Of a stretch of 64,000 nucleotides of DNA, positions 10,075-20,352 are shown one piece after another. Numbering within the stretch: the first letter of the stretch is position 1; every line of letters begins with the position of its first letter. The DNA is from an uncultured Desulfobacter sp. (GTDB lineage: Bacteria; Desulfobacterota; Desulfobacteria; Desulfobacterales; Desulfobacteraceae), in the NCBI GenBank assembly GCA_963665095.1, contig OY762069.1:5056001-5120000 (forward strand), written 5' to 3'. The translations under genes and the position numbers were made by a program. The notes beneath the pieces are model-generated. The model saw only the letters and a list, made by a program, of their open reading frames with translations. It ran no database searches and had not been told where the DNA came from.

Positions 10075-11096
10075 TGGGTTTTATACAGAATATATCTGCA
10101 TCCTCAAAAAAGTGGGTTCAGACCACTGAAAAATGGAATTCAAAATTTGATGAGGTCCATCATATTCACAGCCCACTTGAAAAAAATTCTAATAAACTAC
10201 GTTTTATATTAGGGGCAGGCCGAAGTGGAACCTCATGGGTTGGGCGAACCCTGTCAGAGAGTACAACCCCGCTGAGATACTGTCATGAAATTTTAACGTA
10301 TATTAATCCTTTTTTTTATTATTCCTCCAAAAATGATTACACTGCAGTGCATTACAAAAGTGATTTGTCTTATTACGCACCTCTTTTCAAGATTTTTTCA
10401 TATAGCGCATGCAAGGATGTTTCATTAAAAAAATTCATTCCAAAAAGAGAGTACCAGATAAAAAGAGATGACAAGGGCTTCGAGTGTGTTCTCCATAAAG
10501 AAGTTCATTCTCTTCTTGGTGCGGAAGCCATTGTACGGCATTTCAAATGTCCGGTGATATTCATTACAAGAAACCCTGCCTATGTGATCGACAGTTTATT
10601 TGATTATCACGATTTGAAATCAACAATATGGAGAAATGAATCCAATTATATTAAAGAGCCGGAGTTTCAAAAAAAGTTTCTCGGCAAAAAGGGAAGTGGG
10701 ATTGTTGAGGCGCTTTCAAAATACCCTGATGACGGTGATGTAAGGCAAAACACAATTGTGGGAAAAGCAATTACCGTGGGAGCCATAAATAAGATGTTAT
10801 TTGATATTGCGGGCCGTTATGAAAATGTTCTTTATGTTAAATATGAAAAGCTTTGTCATAATCCCATAGAGGTTTTCAGCCAAATTCATGGTTTCTTGGG
10901 TCTTGAATTTTCAAATAGTGAAATCCAAAAACTTGAAAATACAATGAGCACGAAAGATGAAAAATATGATCCTATGTCTATTTATAGAAATACAAAGTCT
11001 CAAATTGGTAGGAAGCTTAAAAGTTTAACATCGTCCGAATTTGATAAGATTGTTTTTATTCTAAATGCGTTAGGACTTTCCGAGGATTGCTATTAG
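10071..11096 (+). CDS. Sulfotransferase family protein
   Basis: 5'-PSB motif GAGRSGTSW, 3'-PB RNP..VIDS, VKYEKLC. Confidence 0.8.
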   Translation: MMGFIQNISASSKKWVQTTEKWNSKFDEVHHIHSPLEKNSNKLRFILGAGRSGTSWVGRTLSESTTPLRYCHEILTYINPFFYYSSKNDYTAVHYKSDLSYYAPLFKIFSYSACKDVSLKKFIPKREYQIKRDDKGFECVLHKEVHSLLGAEAIVRHFKCPVIFITRNPAYVIDSLFDYHDLKSTIWRNESNYIKEPEFQKKFLGKKGSGIVEALSKYPDDGDVRQNTIVGKAITVGAINKMLFDIAGRYENVLYVKYEKLCHNPIEVFSQIHGFLGLEFSNSEIQKLENTMSTKDEKYDPMSIYRNTKSQIGRKLKSLTSSEFDKIVFILNALGLSEDCY

Positions 11097-11114
11097 GGGC
11101 TTGGCAGAAAGAGA

Positions 11115-11867
11115 ATGCCAAACTTTTTAAACCTAATAAAAGAAAAATCGATAGCTATAGTTAATAGTTGTATCGATTACATATTGGAAAAGATTGGCGC
11201 AGAGAAAATTCATTGTCTGGGGGATAGTCACTTAAAATCATTCCGGTATCTATATCAACGGCGGTATCTTTATAAGACTGTATTTGACTTTTGCATTGTT
11301 CGCGGTGCTACTGCAAGCGGTGTACTTAATCCAGGTTCCAAAACACAGGGTTTCTCGATATTTAAAAGATATATGAAAGATAGAATTCAGAAAAAAGATT
11401 GGATTTTAATATGCTTGGGAGAGGTTGATTGCGGATATGTTGTCTGGTACAGATGTCAGAAATATAATACCAATAAAGAAGATGAGTTAGCTAAAACTGT
11501 AAATAACTATATCGGATTTTTAAACTATATTATATCAAAGGGCTTTCAAAAAGTTATTGTTTATAATGCCCCTTTACCAACAATAAAAGACGGACAAAAT
11601 TGGGGGGAGATTGCTCATTTGAGAAAGGAAGTTAAAAGTCCACTAAAAGAGCGAACATTGTTGACATTAAAATTTAATGCCCAGTTAAGGTCTTTCTGTA
11701 CTGAAAACAATATTGCGTTCATAGATTTAGAACGGGATATTCTTGATACCGATAAAATGATTATCAAAAAAAAATTTTTACACCCGAATCCTTTGGATCA
11801 CCATTTAAATCCAAAGGCGACAGGACCAATAATTGCACAAAAATTAAAAGAACTTGGATTTTCATGA
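11115..11867 (+). CDS. SGNH/GDSL-like hydrolase or O-acyl-modifying protein
   Basis: GDSH block I, GEVDC, C-terminal DHH. Confidence 0.6.
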   Translation: MPNFLNLIKEKSIAIVNSCIDYILEKIGAEKIHCLGDSHLKSFRYLYQRRYLYKTVFDFCIVRGATASGVLNPGSKTQGFSIFKRYMKDRIQKKDWILICLGEVDCGYVVWYRCQKYNTNKEDELAKTVNNYIGFLNYIISKGFQKVIVYNAPLPTIKDGQNWGEIAHLRKEVKSPLKERTLLTLKFNAQLRSFCTENNIAFIDLERDILDTDKMIIKKKFLHPNPLDHHLNPKATGPIIAQKLKELGFS

Positions 11868-12459
11868 AGAATTCCTGAGCCAAATAAGAGAACTTGCCAT
11901 CGTGAACGAATTTTTTTTTCGATTATTAAATAAATTAAAAAATAGTATATTTTCATTATTCTGGAAAAATAAGCTCGGCGCTTTTGGTAAAGGCTCTACA
12001 ATAGGACGTTTTGCTTTAATCAGTCATCCTAAGAACATTTTTATTGGCAGGGCCGTTCAAATTCAGCAGGGGGTAGTCTTGCGTCCAAGCAAGAATCATA
12101 AAATTGAGATTGGAAGTGAGTCTGGAATCAATCCATATACCGCGATCTACGGAAAGGTAAAGATCGGTAAGTGGGCAATGATTGCTCCCCACGTTATGAT
12201 AGCAGGGGGAAATCATGTGTCGGACGGGAGCGGCAGGCCCCTGATAAAATGTGGGAAAAGTTCTAATATAGGTATTATTATCGAAGACAACGTATGGATT
12301 GGTGCAAATAGCGTCATAGTCGATGGGGTGACTATTGGAAAAGGTTCAATTGTTGCTGCTGGCAGTGTTGTTATTAAAAATGTCGATCCATATCAGGTCG
12401 TGGGTGGCAATCCCGCCAAGGTTATCAGAGGTGTCAACAGCACGTTTCAGAATGAATAG
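11854..12459 (+). CDS. Hexapeptide-repeat (LbH) O-acetyltransferase
   Basis: IEDNVWIGANSVIVDGVTIGKGSIVAAGSVV, GGNPAKVI. Start may be GTG at 11902. Confidence 0.88.
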   Translation: MDFHEEFLSQIRELAIVNEFFFRLLNKLKNSIFSLFWKNKLGAFGKGSTIGRFALISHPKNIFIGRAVQIQQGVVLRPSKNHKIEIGSESGINPYTAIYGKVKIGKWAMIAPHVMIAGGNHVSDGSGRPLIKCGKSSNIGIIIEDNVWIGANSVIVDGVTIGKGSIVAAGSVVIKNVDPYQVVGGNPAKVIRGVNSTFQNE

Positions 12460-12470
12460 CTGATTTAAAA

Positions 12471-13355
12471 ATGTTAGAAAAAATTCAACGAACTATTAAT
12501 TTAGTTTTACGGTTCCTTACTGCAGGTAAAGAACGTTTAAATCTTTCAAAGCTGGATCTTTCCCATTTAGATAAAACGGATAAAGCAAATTGGGAAAACC
12601 GGATAGCCGATGTAGTTTCATGTCCGGATAACCATTACATCCCCCGTCATGAATACGCGGGGAAAATCATAAATGGGAACTTGGTCCTTCACAATGGATT
12701 AATGATTTCTCCTCTAAGCTATTGTGGTTATCCAATGCTTCGGCTTTTTATGGAAAATAAAGGGGTTCACGAGCCACAGGAAGAAAGGGTTTTTCAGGAG
12801 ATATTAAAAGAGCTTCCTGATGACAGTGCTATGATTGAATTAGGAAGTTATTGGTCCTTTTATTCAATGTGGTTTAAAACCGTATTAAAAAAATCATGTT
12901 GCTACATGATAGAGCCCAACAAAAGCTGCTTAAAATTAGGGAAGAAGAACTTCAGGATAAATAGCCTTCAGGGAAAGTTTTTTAACTACACCATTGGGCA
13001 TCACCATAATAAGGGCGTGGTGCCTTCTATCTCTATCGATAAGTTCATAGAAAGGGAACAAATTGATTTTATTCATATCCTCCACTCTGATATTCAAGGG
13101 CAAGAATACAATATGCTCAGGGGAGTAGAAAAAAGTATCCAGGAAATGAAAATAGGGTATTTTATTATTTCAACCCACTCAAATAAGCTTCATTATCAAT
13201 GCAAGCAGTTTCTGGAGAGATATAAATTTGTCACAGTTGCATCCGCTGATATTGACCAGACATTCTCTTATGATGGCCTTTTGGTAATGAAAGCACCGTA
13301 TTTTAAAGGGATTGATAGGGTAGAAATTTCACTTAAAGGCAGCAATTCAAACTGA
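12471..13355 (+). CDS. FkbM-like SAM-dependent methyltransferase
   Basis: MIELGSYWSFYS, IEPN, LHSDIQGQE (FkbM-type D-x-Q/E-G-x-E). Confidence 0.7.
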   Translation: MLEKIQRTINLVLRFLTAGKERLNLSKLDLSHLDKTDKANWENRIADVVSCPDNHYIPRHEYAGKIINGNLVLHNGLMISPLSYCGYPMLRLFMENKGVHEPQEERVFQEILKELPDDSAMIELGSYWSFYSMWFKTVLKKSCCYMIEPNKSCLKLGKKNFRINSLQGKFFNYTIGHHHNKGVVPSISIDKFIEREQIDFIHILHSDIQGQEYNMLRGVEKSIQEMKIGYFIISTHSNKLHYQCKQFLERYKFVTVASADIDQTFSYDGLLVMKAPYFKGIDRVEISLKGSNSN

Positions 13356-13396
13356 GTCTACATACCACCTACCATCATGCGCTTTGGGGTAAAATA

Positions 13397-14110
13397 ATGC
13401 GAAGTTTATTAAATAGGGTAAAGCAGAAAATAATACCTCAGTTCCCCTTGCAATCATACTCTCAGAGTGGGGAAGATATTATTGTTAGCCGTGCTTTGAA
13501 TAAAATGGGAATAAGAAATCCTTTGTACCTTGATATTGGTGCCAATGACCCAGTTAAACTGAATAATACGTTCCTGTTATACAAAAAGGGCGGTTCTGGT
13601 GTGCTAATAGAGCCGGACCCTATTTTGTGCAGCAAAATCAAACAAAAAAGACGAAGAGATGCCGTGCTCAATGTCGGTGTCAGTGGTCAGGGATGCGGCG
13701 AAGCAGATTTTTTTATTTTGGATAATAATTATTTGAATACGTTTTCAAGAGCTGAAGCCGAAAGAATTCAAGAGTATGGAAAGCATAAAGTGCTTGAAAA
13801 AAGGCGGATTAAGCTGATTGATGTTAATACAATAATTTCTGAAAATTTTGATGAATGTCCGCATTTTATATCTCTAGATGTAGAAGGATTGGATTTTGAA
13901 ATTATTTCATCTTTAGATTTTAATCAACACCGTCCAGCTGCTCTTTGTGTCGAAACCATAACGTATACGGAAGATAATTCAGAATATAAGCGTATGGAGA
14001 TTATCAATTTTTTGAAAGAAAAAGGATATCTTCATTTTGCCGATACGTACATTAATTCAATATTTGTGGATTTTGTGAGGTGGAAGCACAGGGGACAAAG
14101 CCATAAATGA
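13397..14110 (+). CDS. FkbM-family methyltransferase
   Basis: SYSQSGED, LDIGANDP, LIEP, SLDVEGLD. Confidence 0.88.
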   Translation: MRSLLNRVKQKIIPQFPLQSYSQSGEDIIVSRALNKMGIRNPLYLDIGANDPVKLNNTFLLYKKGGSGVLIEPDPILCSKIKQKRRRDAVLNVGVSGQGCGEADFFILDNNYLNTFSRAEAERIQEYGKHKVLEKRRIKLIDVNTIISENFDECPHFISLDVEGLDFEIISSLDFNQHRPAALCVETITYTEDNSEYKRMEIINFLKEKGYLHFADTYINSIFVDFVRWKHRGQSHK

Positions 14111-15252
14111 AAAGAGTTCTTTTTGTTTTCACATCAGGACGAAAGAAAAGGCTGCTGAGAAAGGATGTGCAAGCCTATCCAAAAGAATTCCTATTTGGCG
14201 CTCCGTTTCTCCAGCAAAAAGGATATGTGCTGGATATTCTTGAACTTGAAGAGCTTCCATTTGAATTAAAGTCAGTTCAATACCATATCCTTTTTTTTGT
14301 GAACTGGTTTGTCTCTTTATTTACCGGCGTTGTTTCAAGCTGGCACCTATTCCATAATTCGCAGCATCTTTTAAATGATTATGATTTGATTCTTTCATGC
14401 AACGAATATGTCGCTTCTGGTGTTGCATATTTGAAGTGCAGAAAAAAAATAAAGGGCGACCATATTTTTTTTGTAATGGGAATGCTTGCTAAAGTGGCCC
14501 TGTTAAAGAATAAAAACAGAGCACGTTATTTGTTTGCAACGTCAGTGTATCAGAAACTTATCAAAGGCTCAGAAAAAATTATTTTTATCGGCGAGGGTGA
14601 GTATAAATATGCAAGGAAGGCGTTTCGTGGCTGGAGGGATAAATACAGGTTTATTCCTTTCCCTGTAGATAACGAATTTTGGTCTAAAAAAGATCAAGAT
14701 TATGAATGCTTGCCGTATAAGAACTACGTATTGTTTGTTGGCAACGACAGACAGCGCGATTTTGAGTGTGTTGTTAATATAGTTATGCAAATGCAAGAGA
14801 CAAACTTTGTTATTATTTCGAAAAACAGTAATTTTGGATGCCTTCATGAATATCAAAATGTGACTGTGATCTCAGGGGATTGGAAGAGCCAGGCATTAAG
14901 TGATGTACAAATCCGGTCTTTTTATCAGCATGCCGACTTGGTTATTGTTCCCCTGAAGAATACCTTACAGCCGTCAGGGCAAAGCGTTGCGCTACAGGCC
15001 ATGGCTTGTGGAACGCCTGTAATGATTTCAAAAACAGACGGTTTTTGGGAACCCAGTGTATTTAGGCGCCAGCAACATTTGATCTTCATTAACTCCCAGG
15101 GTCATGACGAATGGGTCCAAGCAATCAGTCAGTTTTTGGGTAACAAAGATGAACTTTGTAAAATGAGTATTCAAGCCCAAAAAGTGGTTGGAAAAAATAA
15201 TAGCCTGGAAACGTTTGGTAACAAACTGGTCTCTGTTATAAATGAGTTGTAG
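14107..15252 (+). CDS. GT4 glycosyltransferase
   Basis: FVGND.QRD, PSGQSVALQAMACGTPV. Confidence 0.82.
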   Translation: MKRVLFVFTSGRKKRLLRKDVQAYPKEFLFGAPFLQQKGYVLDILELEELPFELKSVQYHILFFVNWFVSLFTGVVSSWHLFHNSQHLLNDYDLILSCNEYVASGVAYLKCRKKIKGDHIFFVMGMLAKVALLKNKNRARYLFATSVYQKLIKGSEKIIFIGEGEYKYARKAFRGWRDKYRFIPFPVDNEFWSKKDQDYECLPYKNYVLFVGNDRQRDFECVVNIVMQMQETNFVIISKNSNFGCLHEYQNVTVISGDWKSQALSDVQIRSFYQHADLVIVPLKNTLQPSGQSVALQAMACGTPVMISKTDGFWEPSVFRRQQHLIFINSQGHDEWVQAISQFLGNKDELCKMSIQAQKVVGKNNSLETFGNKLVSVINEL

Positions 15253-16525
15253 AAAATTCAAAATTCTGTACATTCATCATGGAAACATGATAGGGGGCGC
15301 ACCAACAAGCCTTAGAAATTTGATAAAAGGCTTATTGAAAGAGGATCAAGATATAGACATAACCGTTGCCTGCATTTCTTCGTCTATGATTCCTTTTTTT
15401 CAGGAAGTAAAAGGGATAAAAGTTAAGAAATATGTATTTGCGGATACCCAGCTGGGCCGGTATCTGATGGGGTGGAGTAAACTTTCAGTTCGCGGACTTC
15501 TTTCTTTGGGGATAACGTTTATCACTGCGTTGCCTTCCATTTTTGCTCAAATCCGGTTTATCAAATCTGAAGCACCGGATATTCTTCACCTGAACTCTTC
15601 AATACTATGGTCTGCGGGTATTGCAGGAAAACTGGCTCGTGTACCCATTATCTGGCACATTCGGGAAGCTTCAGATGATTATAAATACAACTTCCTAAGA
15701 ATCCTGTATTCCAAGCTTATTAAAATGATTTCTGGAAAGGTAGTCTGCATTGGGCCGCAGGAATACAAAAAGGTCGGTGGCAAAAATTCAAAGAACGTTG
15801 TGATGATCCATAATTCATTGGATGATTCGTATTTTGAGCAAATGCAAAATGATCAGGAAGCTATTCGGAAAAGAGTCAGTTTGCCTGCAAAGCAGTTCAT
15901 TTACCTGAGTTTAGGTGGTGATTCTTTTCGGAATGGCGCATTCCAGCTGATAGAGTCCCTGAAATACCTGGATGAAGATTATGCATGTGTCATTGCCGGT
16001 CAGCCACCGAAAATTTTAAGTTCAAAACCAGGAAAATGTGTCAAGCTTATATTAAAGATTGAAGATGAATTATTCCAAAAAGGTTTTAAGAATTATTTAA
16101 TATGGAAATATCAACATCGTTTATCGGAATCTTTAAATGCAGTTGACCATAAAAGACTTTTTCTACCCGGATTTCTGAAAGATGTTAAATGTTACATCAA
16201 GGCGTGCGATGTCCTGGTCTTTCCTGGTACTTATCCTCATTCCGCAAGGCCTATATATGAAGCCTGGGCCATGAAAAAACCCGTAGTGGGATTTGATTCA
16301 GAGGTGATGAGAATGGACGTGGAAGATGGGGTTGACGGTATAATTGTCAAGGAACATACTGCCGAAGCCCTTGCAAAAGCGCTGTCATATTTAAGAAATA
16401 GCCCGGATATTTGCAGGAAAATGGGCGAAGAGGGGTATAAAAAAGCAATTACCCGTTTTTCATTAAAAGAAAATACTGTTAAGCTATTAGACGTCTATCA
16501 ATCAATCCGTGAAAATAATATTTAA
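15242..16525 (+). CDS. GT4 glycosyltransferase
   Basis: GGAPTSL, LHLNS, WHIRE, ARPIYEAWAMKKPVV. Confidence 0.82.
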   Translation: MSCRKFKILYIHHGNMIGGAPTSLRNLIKGLLKEDQDIDITVACISSSMIPFFQEVKGIKVKKYVFADTQLGRYLMGWSKLSVRGLLSLGITFITALPSIFAQIRFIKSEAPDILHLNSSILWSAGIAGKLARVPIIWHIREASDDYKYNFLRILYSKLIKMISGKVVCIGPQEYKKVGGKNSKNVVMIHNSLDDSYFEQMQNDQEAIRKRVSLPAKQFIYLSLGGDSFRNGAFQLIESLKYLDEDYACVIAGQPPKILSSKPGKCVKLILKIEDELFQKGFKNYLIWKYQHRLSESLNAVDHKRLFLPGFLKDVKCYIKACDVLVFPGTYPHSARPIYEAWAMKKPVVGFDSEVMRMDVEDGVDGIIVKEHTAEALAKALSYLRNSPDICRKMGEEGYKKAITRFSLKENTVKLLDVYQSIRENNI

Positions 16526-17651
16526 TACCCGATATCCTGAAGCACCGGCGTCTCTTTTTTATATGTCAGGTTTTTCACGATCCAGACAAGTTCGTTTTTT
16601 TGATTGGGATGGTTATGAAAAATATGAGGTCGCACTTTTCATGACATATGATCAAGATATAAAAGAGCTTGTTGCAGCGAAAAAGAAAAACCCGAATCTA
16701 AAAGTCGGCCTGATTGACCCAAGGGGCAGCCGGGTCATAGATTGCCTGCCTTTTGTGGACTTTTTGATTGTCGATAGCCTGGAGATGAAAGATTTCTTTG
16801 CCGGAACCGGACTGCCCATATTATTATATGCTGAATATCCGGATATAAAAAATATCAGCAAACAGCATGAAAACGGGGAAAAGATCCGGATTGGATATCA
16901 TGGTAACAAACTTCACCTTGCCGGTATGTACCCGTATGTTTCTTCAGCCCTTGAAAAGTTGGGGGAAAAATATCCTATCGAACTCTGGGCAATGTATAAT
17001 ATCCGGGGACTTGGGAAGTGTCGGCTTGGGCTGCCCTGTAATATTCCGGTTCGCCATATACAGTGGGATATGGAAAACTATGGTGCGATTTTGTCTGAAA
17101 CAGATATTGGGATTGTTCCAAATCTGATGCCCATCCGCAATATTGATAAAATAAAAGCGAAAGCATCCCTGTTAAAAAAATTCTTCAATGATTCTAATGA
17201 TGATTATCTGGTCCGCTATAAAATGCCGTCGAATCCAGGAAGAATTATTGTTTTTGGCAAATTGGGGATTCCCGTTGTCACTGATTTTTATCCGTCGGCA
17301 TTTCAGATTATTCAGGATGGAGTAAACGGAAATTTAGTCTGCAGTCCCGGAGGTTGGTATGCTGCTCTTAAGGACTTGATTGAAAATCCAGGTCGCAGAC
17401 AAATTTTTGCAGAAAACTTGAAACAGACAATAAATAAAAAATATGATTATGATATTCAAAATCAGAATGCTTTAATCTTTTTTAAACAATTGCTGGAAGG
17501 CAATGTACGCAAAGATGATACCCCGTATGGAATAGAGAAGAAAGTATGTTGTCAAAGGGATTTGAAATTCTGGTCTTCTGTTGCCCGAATGGAAGTCGAT
17601 AAATGGAAATATGGACTGGGAACCCTGGGCAGGAAAATCGGAATTAGGTAA
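16509..17651 (+). CDS. GT-B fold glycosyltransferase (divergent)
   Basis: IGYHG, DIGIVP, GIPVV, IQDGVNG C-terminal Rossmann motifs. Confidence 0.65.
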   Translation: MKIIFNTRYPEAPASLFYMSGFSRSRQVRFFDWDGYEKYEVALFMTYDQDIKELVAAKKKNPNLKVGLIDPRGSRVIDCLPFVDFLIVDSLEMKDFFAGTGLPILLYAEYPDIKNISKQHENGEKIRIGYHGNKLHLAGMYPYVSSALEKLGEKYPIELWAMYNIRGLGKCRLGLPCNIPVRHIQWDMENYGAILSETDIGIVPNLMPIRNIDKIKAKASLLKKFFNDSNDDYLVRYKMPSNPGRIIVFGKLGIPVVTDFYPSAFQIIQDGVNGNLVCSPGGWYAALKDLIENPGRRQIFAENLKQTINKKYDYDIQNQNALIFFKQLLEGNVRKDDTPYGIEKKVCCQRDLKFWSSVARMEVDKWKYGLGTLGRKIGIR

Positions 17652-17668
17652 CAGAAGGAAATATTTTT

Positions 17669-19396
17669 ATGAATATTCTTGGAGTTCGGTATGGTCACGA
17701 TTCCGGTGCTGCGCTGGTCGTGGATGGGAAGGTTGTTGCCAATGTTTCGGAAGAGCGCCTTACGAGGATTAAACATGATACTTCTTTTCCGATCAGATCT
17801 ATTGCGCTTTGCCTTGAACTGGCCGGAATCAATTCTGAGGAAATAGATTGCCTGGCAATTCCAAGTAACTCCATTCCAGAAGCTTTTTTTACTTTTTTTT
17901 CCATTCCTCAAAGTATTGTTCCCACTGGTGTTATTTCAATAAAAGGGAAAATTGAGGGGTATATGAAAAAGGGCCTTAGAATTGCTGAACCCAATGTCCC
18001 GATACTGCCCCTTTATCAAAAACCACTGGTGCTTTCCCCTAAATGCAGAATTCATCTGTGTGAGCATCATCGTGCTCATGCGGCATCTGCCTATTATTCC
18101 TCTGGGCTGGCTGGAGAAAAGGCGTTGATTGTGACCATGGACGGCATTGGAGAAAATGTTGCTGTTGCTTTCTGGAAAGGCGAAAAGGAATCAATCTCCT
18201 CTTTAATGAAAATGGATGGTGGGGCCTCCCTGGGATATTTTTACAGTAATGCAACAGAAGCCATGGGATGGCGGCATGGCAGCGGAGAATGGAAAGTGAT
18301 GGGGCTTGCGCCGTACGGAACTCCCCAACCAGACGCATTAAAAGGTTATTATCCGGAATTTGAAAATGGCAAACTTGTCAAACCGCGTATTTACGGCAGT
18401 TTTGGAAGATGGAACGACCATGGGGCAAACCACTACCACGGTCGCGATGCCGCACCGCTTGAAACTTTTGTAAAAAAGCTTGGCAGAGAGAACTTTGCGG
18501 CCGAAGCCCAGCGAGTTGTCGAAGAAGAGGCATTTAAGCTGATCCTTCCATGGATAAAAAAAGAGAAAACCCGTCATCTTTGCTGTGCTGGTGGATTTTT
18601 TCTTAATGTCAAGTTTAATCAAAAACTTTGGTACACCGGTGAGCTTGACACCCAGTGGGTTTATCCTGATTGTGGTGATTCCGGTCTGCCTGTGGGTGCT
18701 GCTTTTGATGCTTATTATTCCAAGTATGAAGCTCAACCTATTGAAAGAATGTCGCATCTCTATTTTGGACCTGAGTTTTCCAATGATGAAATAAAGCAGA
18801 TTCTGGATGATCGGTGCTTAAGCTATCAATATACAACAAACCCGGCAAAAGATACGGCGAAATATCTGAGCGACAACAGGGTTGTCGGGTGGTTTCAGGG
18901 TCGGATGGAATCAGGACCAAGAGCCCTTGGCAATCGTTCCATTCTTATGAGTCCCCTTAACGCGAATAATAAAGATATTATAAATGCAAAGGTTAAATAC
19001 AGGGAAAAATTCAGGCCGTTCTGTCCTTCTCTTCTGTACGAAAGAAGGGATGATTATCTGGTAAGCGCCAGGGATGAGTTTTTTATGGTTACTTCTTTTG
19101 ACGTGAAGGAAAACAAAAAAGACAAAATACCTGCTGTTGTTCATGTGGACGGTACTGCAAGGCCTCAGATGGTCCGGAAAGAAGTTAACCCCCTTTATCA
19201 CCAGTTGATTGATGAATTCGAGAAAATTACAGGAGAGGGGATTATTCTCAATACGTCTTTTAATATCCGTGGGGAACCCATTGTCTGTAATCCCCGTGAA
19301 GCCATCCGCTGCTTTTATGACACTGGGTTGGATGTGCTTGTCCTTGGCAATTATATTATCGAAAAGCCCATGCTGAAAAATAACAACGTAGAATGA
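17669..19396 (+). CDS. Carbamoyltransferase (NodU/CmcH/TobZ family)
   Basis: HDSGAAL, EERLTRIKH, HHRAHAASA, GPRALGNRS, FRPFCP, HVDGTARPQ, LNTSFN. Confidence 0.93.
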   Translation: MNILGVRYGHDSGAALVVDGKVVANVSEERLTRIKHDTSFPIRSIALCLELAGINSEEIDCLAIPSNSIPEAFFTFFSIPQSIVPTGVISIKGKIEGYMKKGLRIAEPNVPILPLYQKPLVLSPKCRIHLCEHHRAHAASAYYSSGLAGEKALIVTMDGIGENVAVAFWKGEKESISSLMKMDGGASLGYFYSNATEAMGWRHGSGEWKVMGLAPYGTPQPDALKGYYPEFENGKLVKPRIYGSFGRWNDHGANHYHGRDAAPLETFVKKLGRENFAAEAQRVVEEEAFKLILPWIKKEKTRHLCCAGGFFLNVKFNQKLWYTGELDTQWVYPDCGDSGLPVGAAFDAYYSKYEAQPIERMSHLYFGPEFSNDEIKQILDDRCLSYQYTTNPAKDTAKYLSDNRVVGWFQGRMESGPRALGNRSILMSPLNANNKDIINAKVKYREKFRPFCPSLLYERRDDYLVSARDEFFMVTSFDVKENKKDKIPAVVHVDGTARPQMVRKEVNPLYHQLIDEFEKITGEGIILNTSFNIRGEPIVCNPREAIRCFYDTGLDVLVLGNYIIEKPMLKNNNVE

Positions 19397-19532
19397 CAGT
19401 TGATAATAGAGCCAGCTCAGGGGATATCGAACATTGGCTGAATGGCTGATAAGCCTGAGTTTGGCAGGTTCTGTAAATTTGATCTGCACTTGGGCTAATG
19501 ACATTGATTAATAGTTATAGAGTTTAAAAGTT

Positions 19533-20306
19533 ATGATATTAAAAAAAAATAAGAACGTCGATATAAGTGAAAATAATATAATTGTAGCATACCCTAGAAC
19601 CGGGAGTTCATGGCTTTATCAAATGATTGTAAGGTTGTGGTGGATGAGTAAGTATAATGAAGATTGTTTTGAAAAGATTGGTATTGAGTTTAATCCGGAA
19701 GTAAGAGGAAAACTGGATTTTACAAAAACCCATTTTTTTGATCCTCACTTAAAACAACCTAAAGAAATTGTAATTCCCTCTCAAACTTATGCGCAAAAAA
19801 AGGTGATATTTCTATTTAGAGATCCGCGGGATACAATTGTCTCGCTTTATCATTTTAGAAAAGATAGAAGAAAAAATTATTCATCTTCTATTTCTTCTTT
19901 TATCAGGGAGAAGAAGGGCGGGATTGATTCGCTTATAACGTTCTATTCTATCTGGTTTGATTATCAAAAAAAATACCCCGATTCTGCCATGTATTTAAGC
20001 TATGAAATGTTGCATAAAAATACTCATAAAGAGTTAAATCGGTGCATGGATTTTTTAGGTATTAACTGTGATGCTGATTTCCTTTGCAATACTATAGAAC
20101 TTTTTTCGTTTAAACAGTCGTTTTCAAAAGAGATGGAGAATCCTCATAGAGGAACAGAAGTTGGAAATGTCAATTCTTTCCACAACAGGAAGGGAGTGGT
20201 TGGTTCTTATGAACAGGAACTGGACAAGGAATCAATTTCTTATTTGAACAAAAAATTAGAGCCGATTAAATTTTTTCAAAAACATTATATGGGGATTAAT
20301 GTTTAG
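19533..20306 (+). CDS. Sulfotransferase domain protein
   Basis: AYPRTGSSW, RDPRDTIVS, SYEML, RKGVVG. Confidence 0.85.
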   Translation: MILKKNKNVDISENNIIVAYPRTGSSWLYQMIVRLWWMSKYNEDCFEKIGIEFNPEVRGKLDFTKTHFFDPHLKQPKEIVIPSQTYAQKKVIFLFRDPRDTIVSLYHFRKDRRKNYSSSISSFIREKKGGIDSLITFYSIWFDYQKKYPDSAMYLSYEMLHKNTHKELNRCMDFLGINCDADFLCNTIELFSFKQSFSKEMENPHRGTEVGNVNSFHNRKGVVGSYEQELDKESISYLNKKLEPIKFFQKHYMGINV

Positions 20307-20352
20307 TTAGAGAGTCGAAATGCCCACTGCTTGAAAAGGATAACAGGATCGC

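Noticed and set aside
18911..19504. 197-aa minus-strand ORF and the many other short overlapping ORFs in the track
   Set aside because: Antisense or out-of-frame shadows of well-supported genes; no recognisable motifs.
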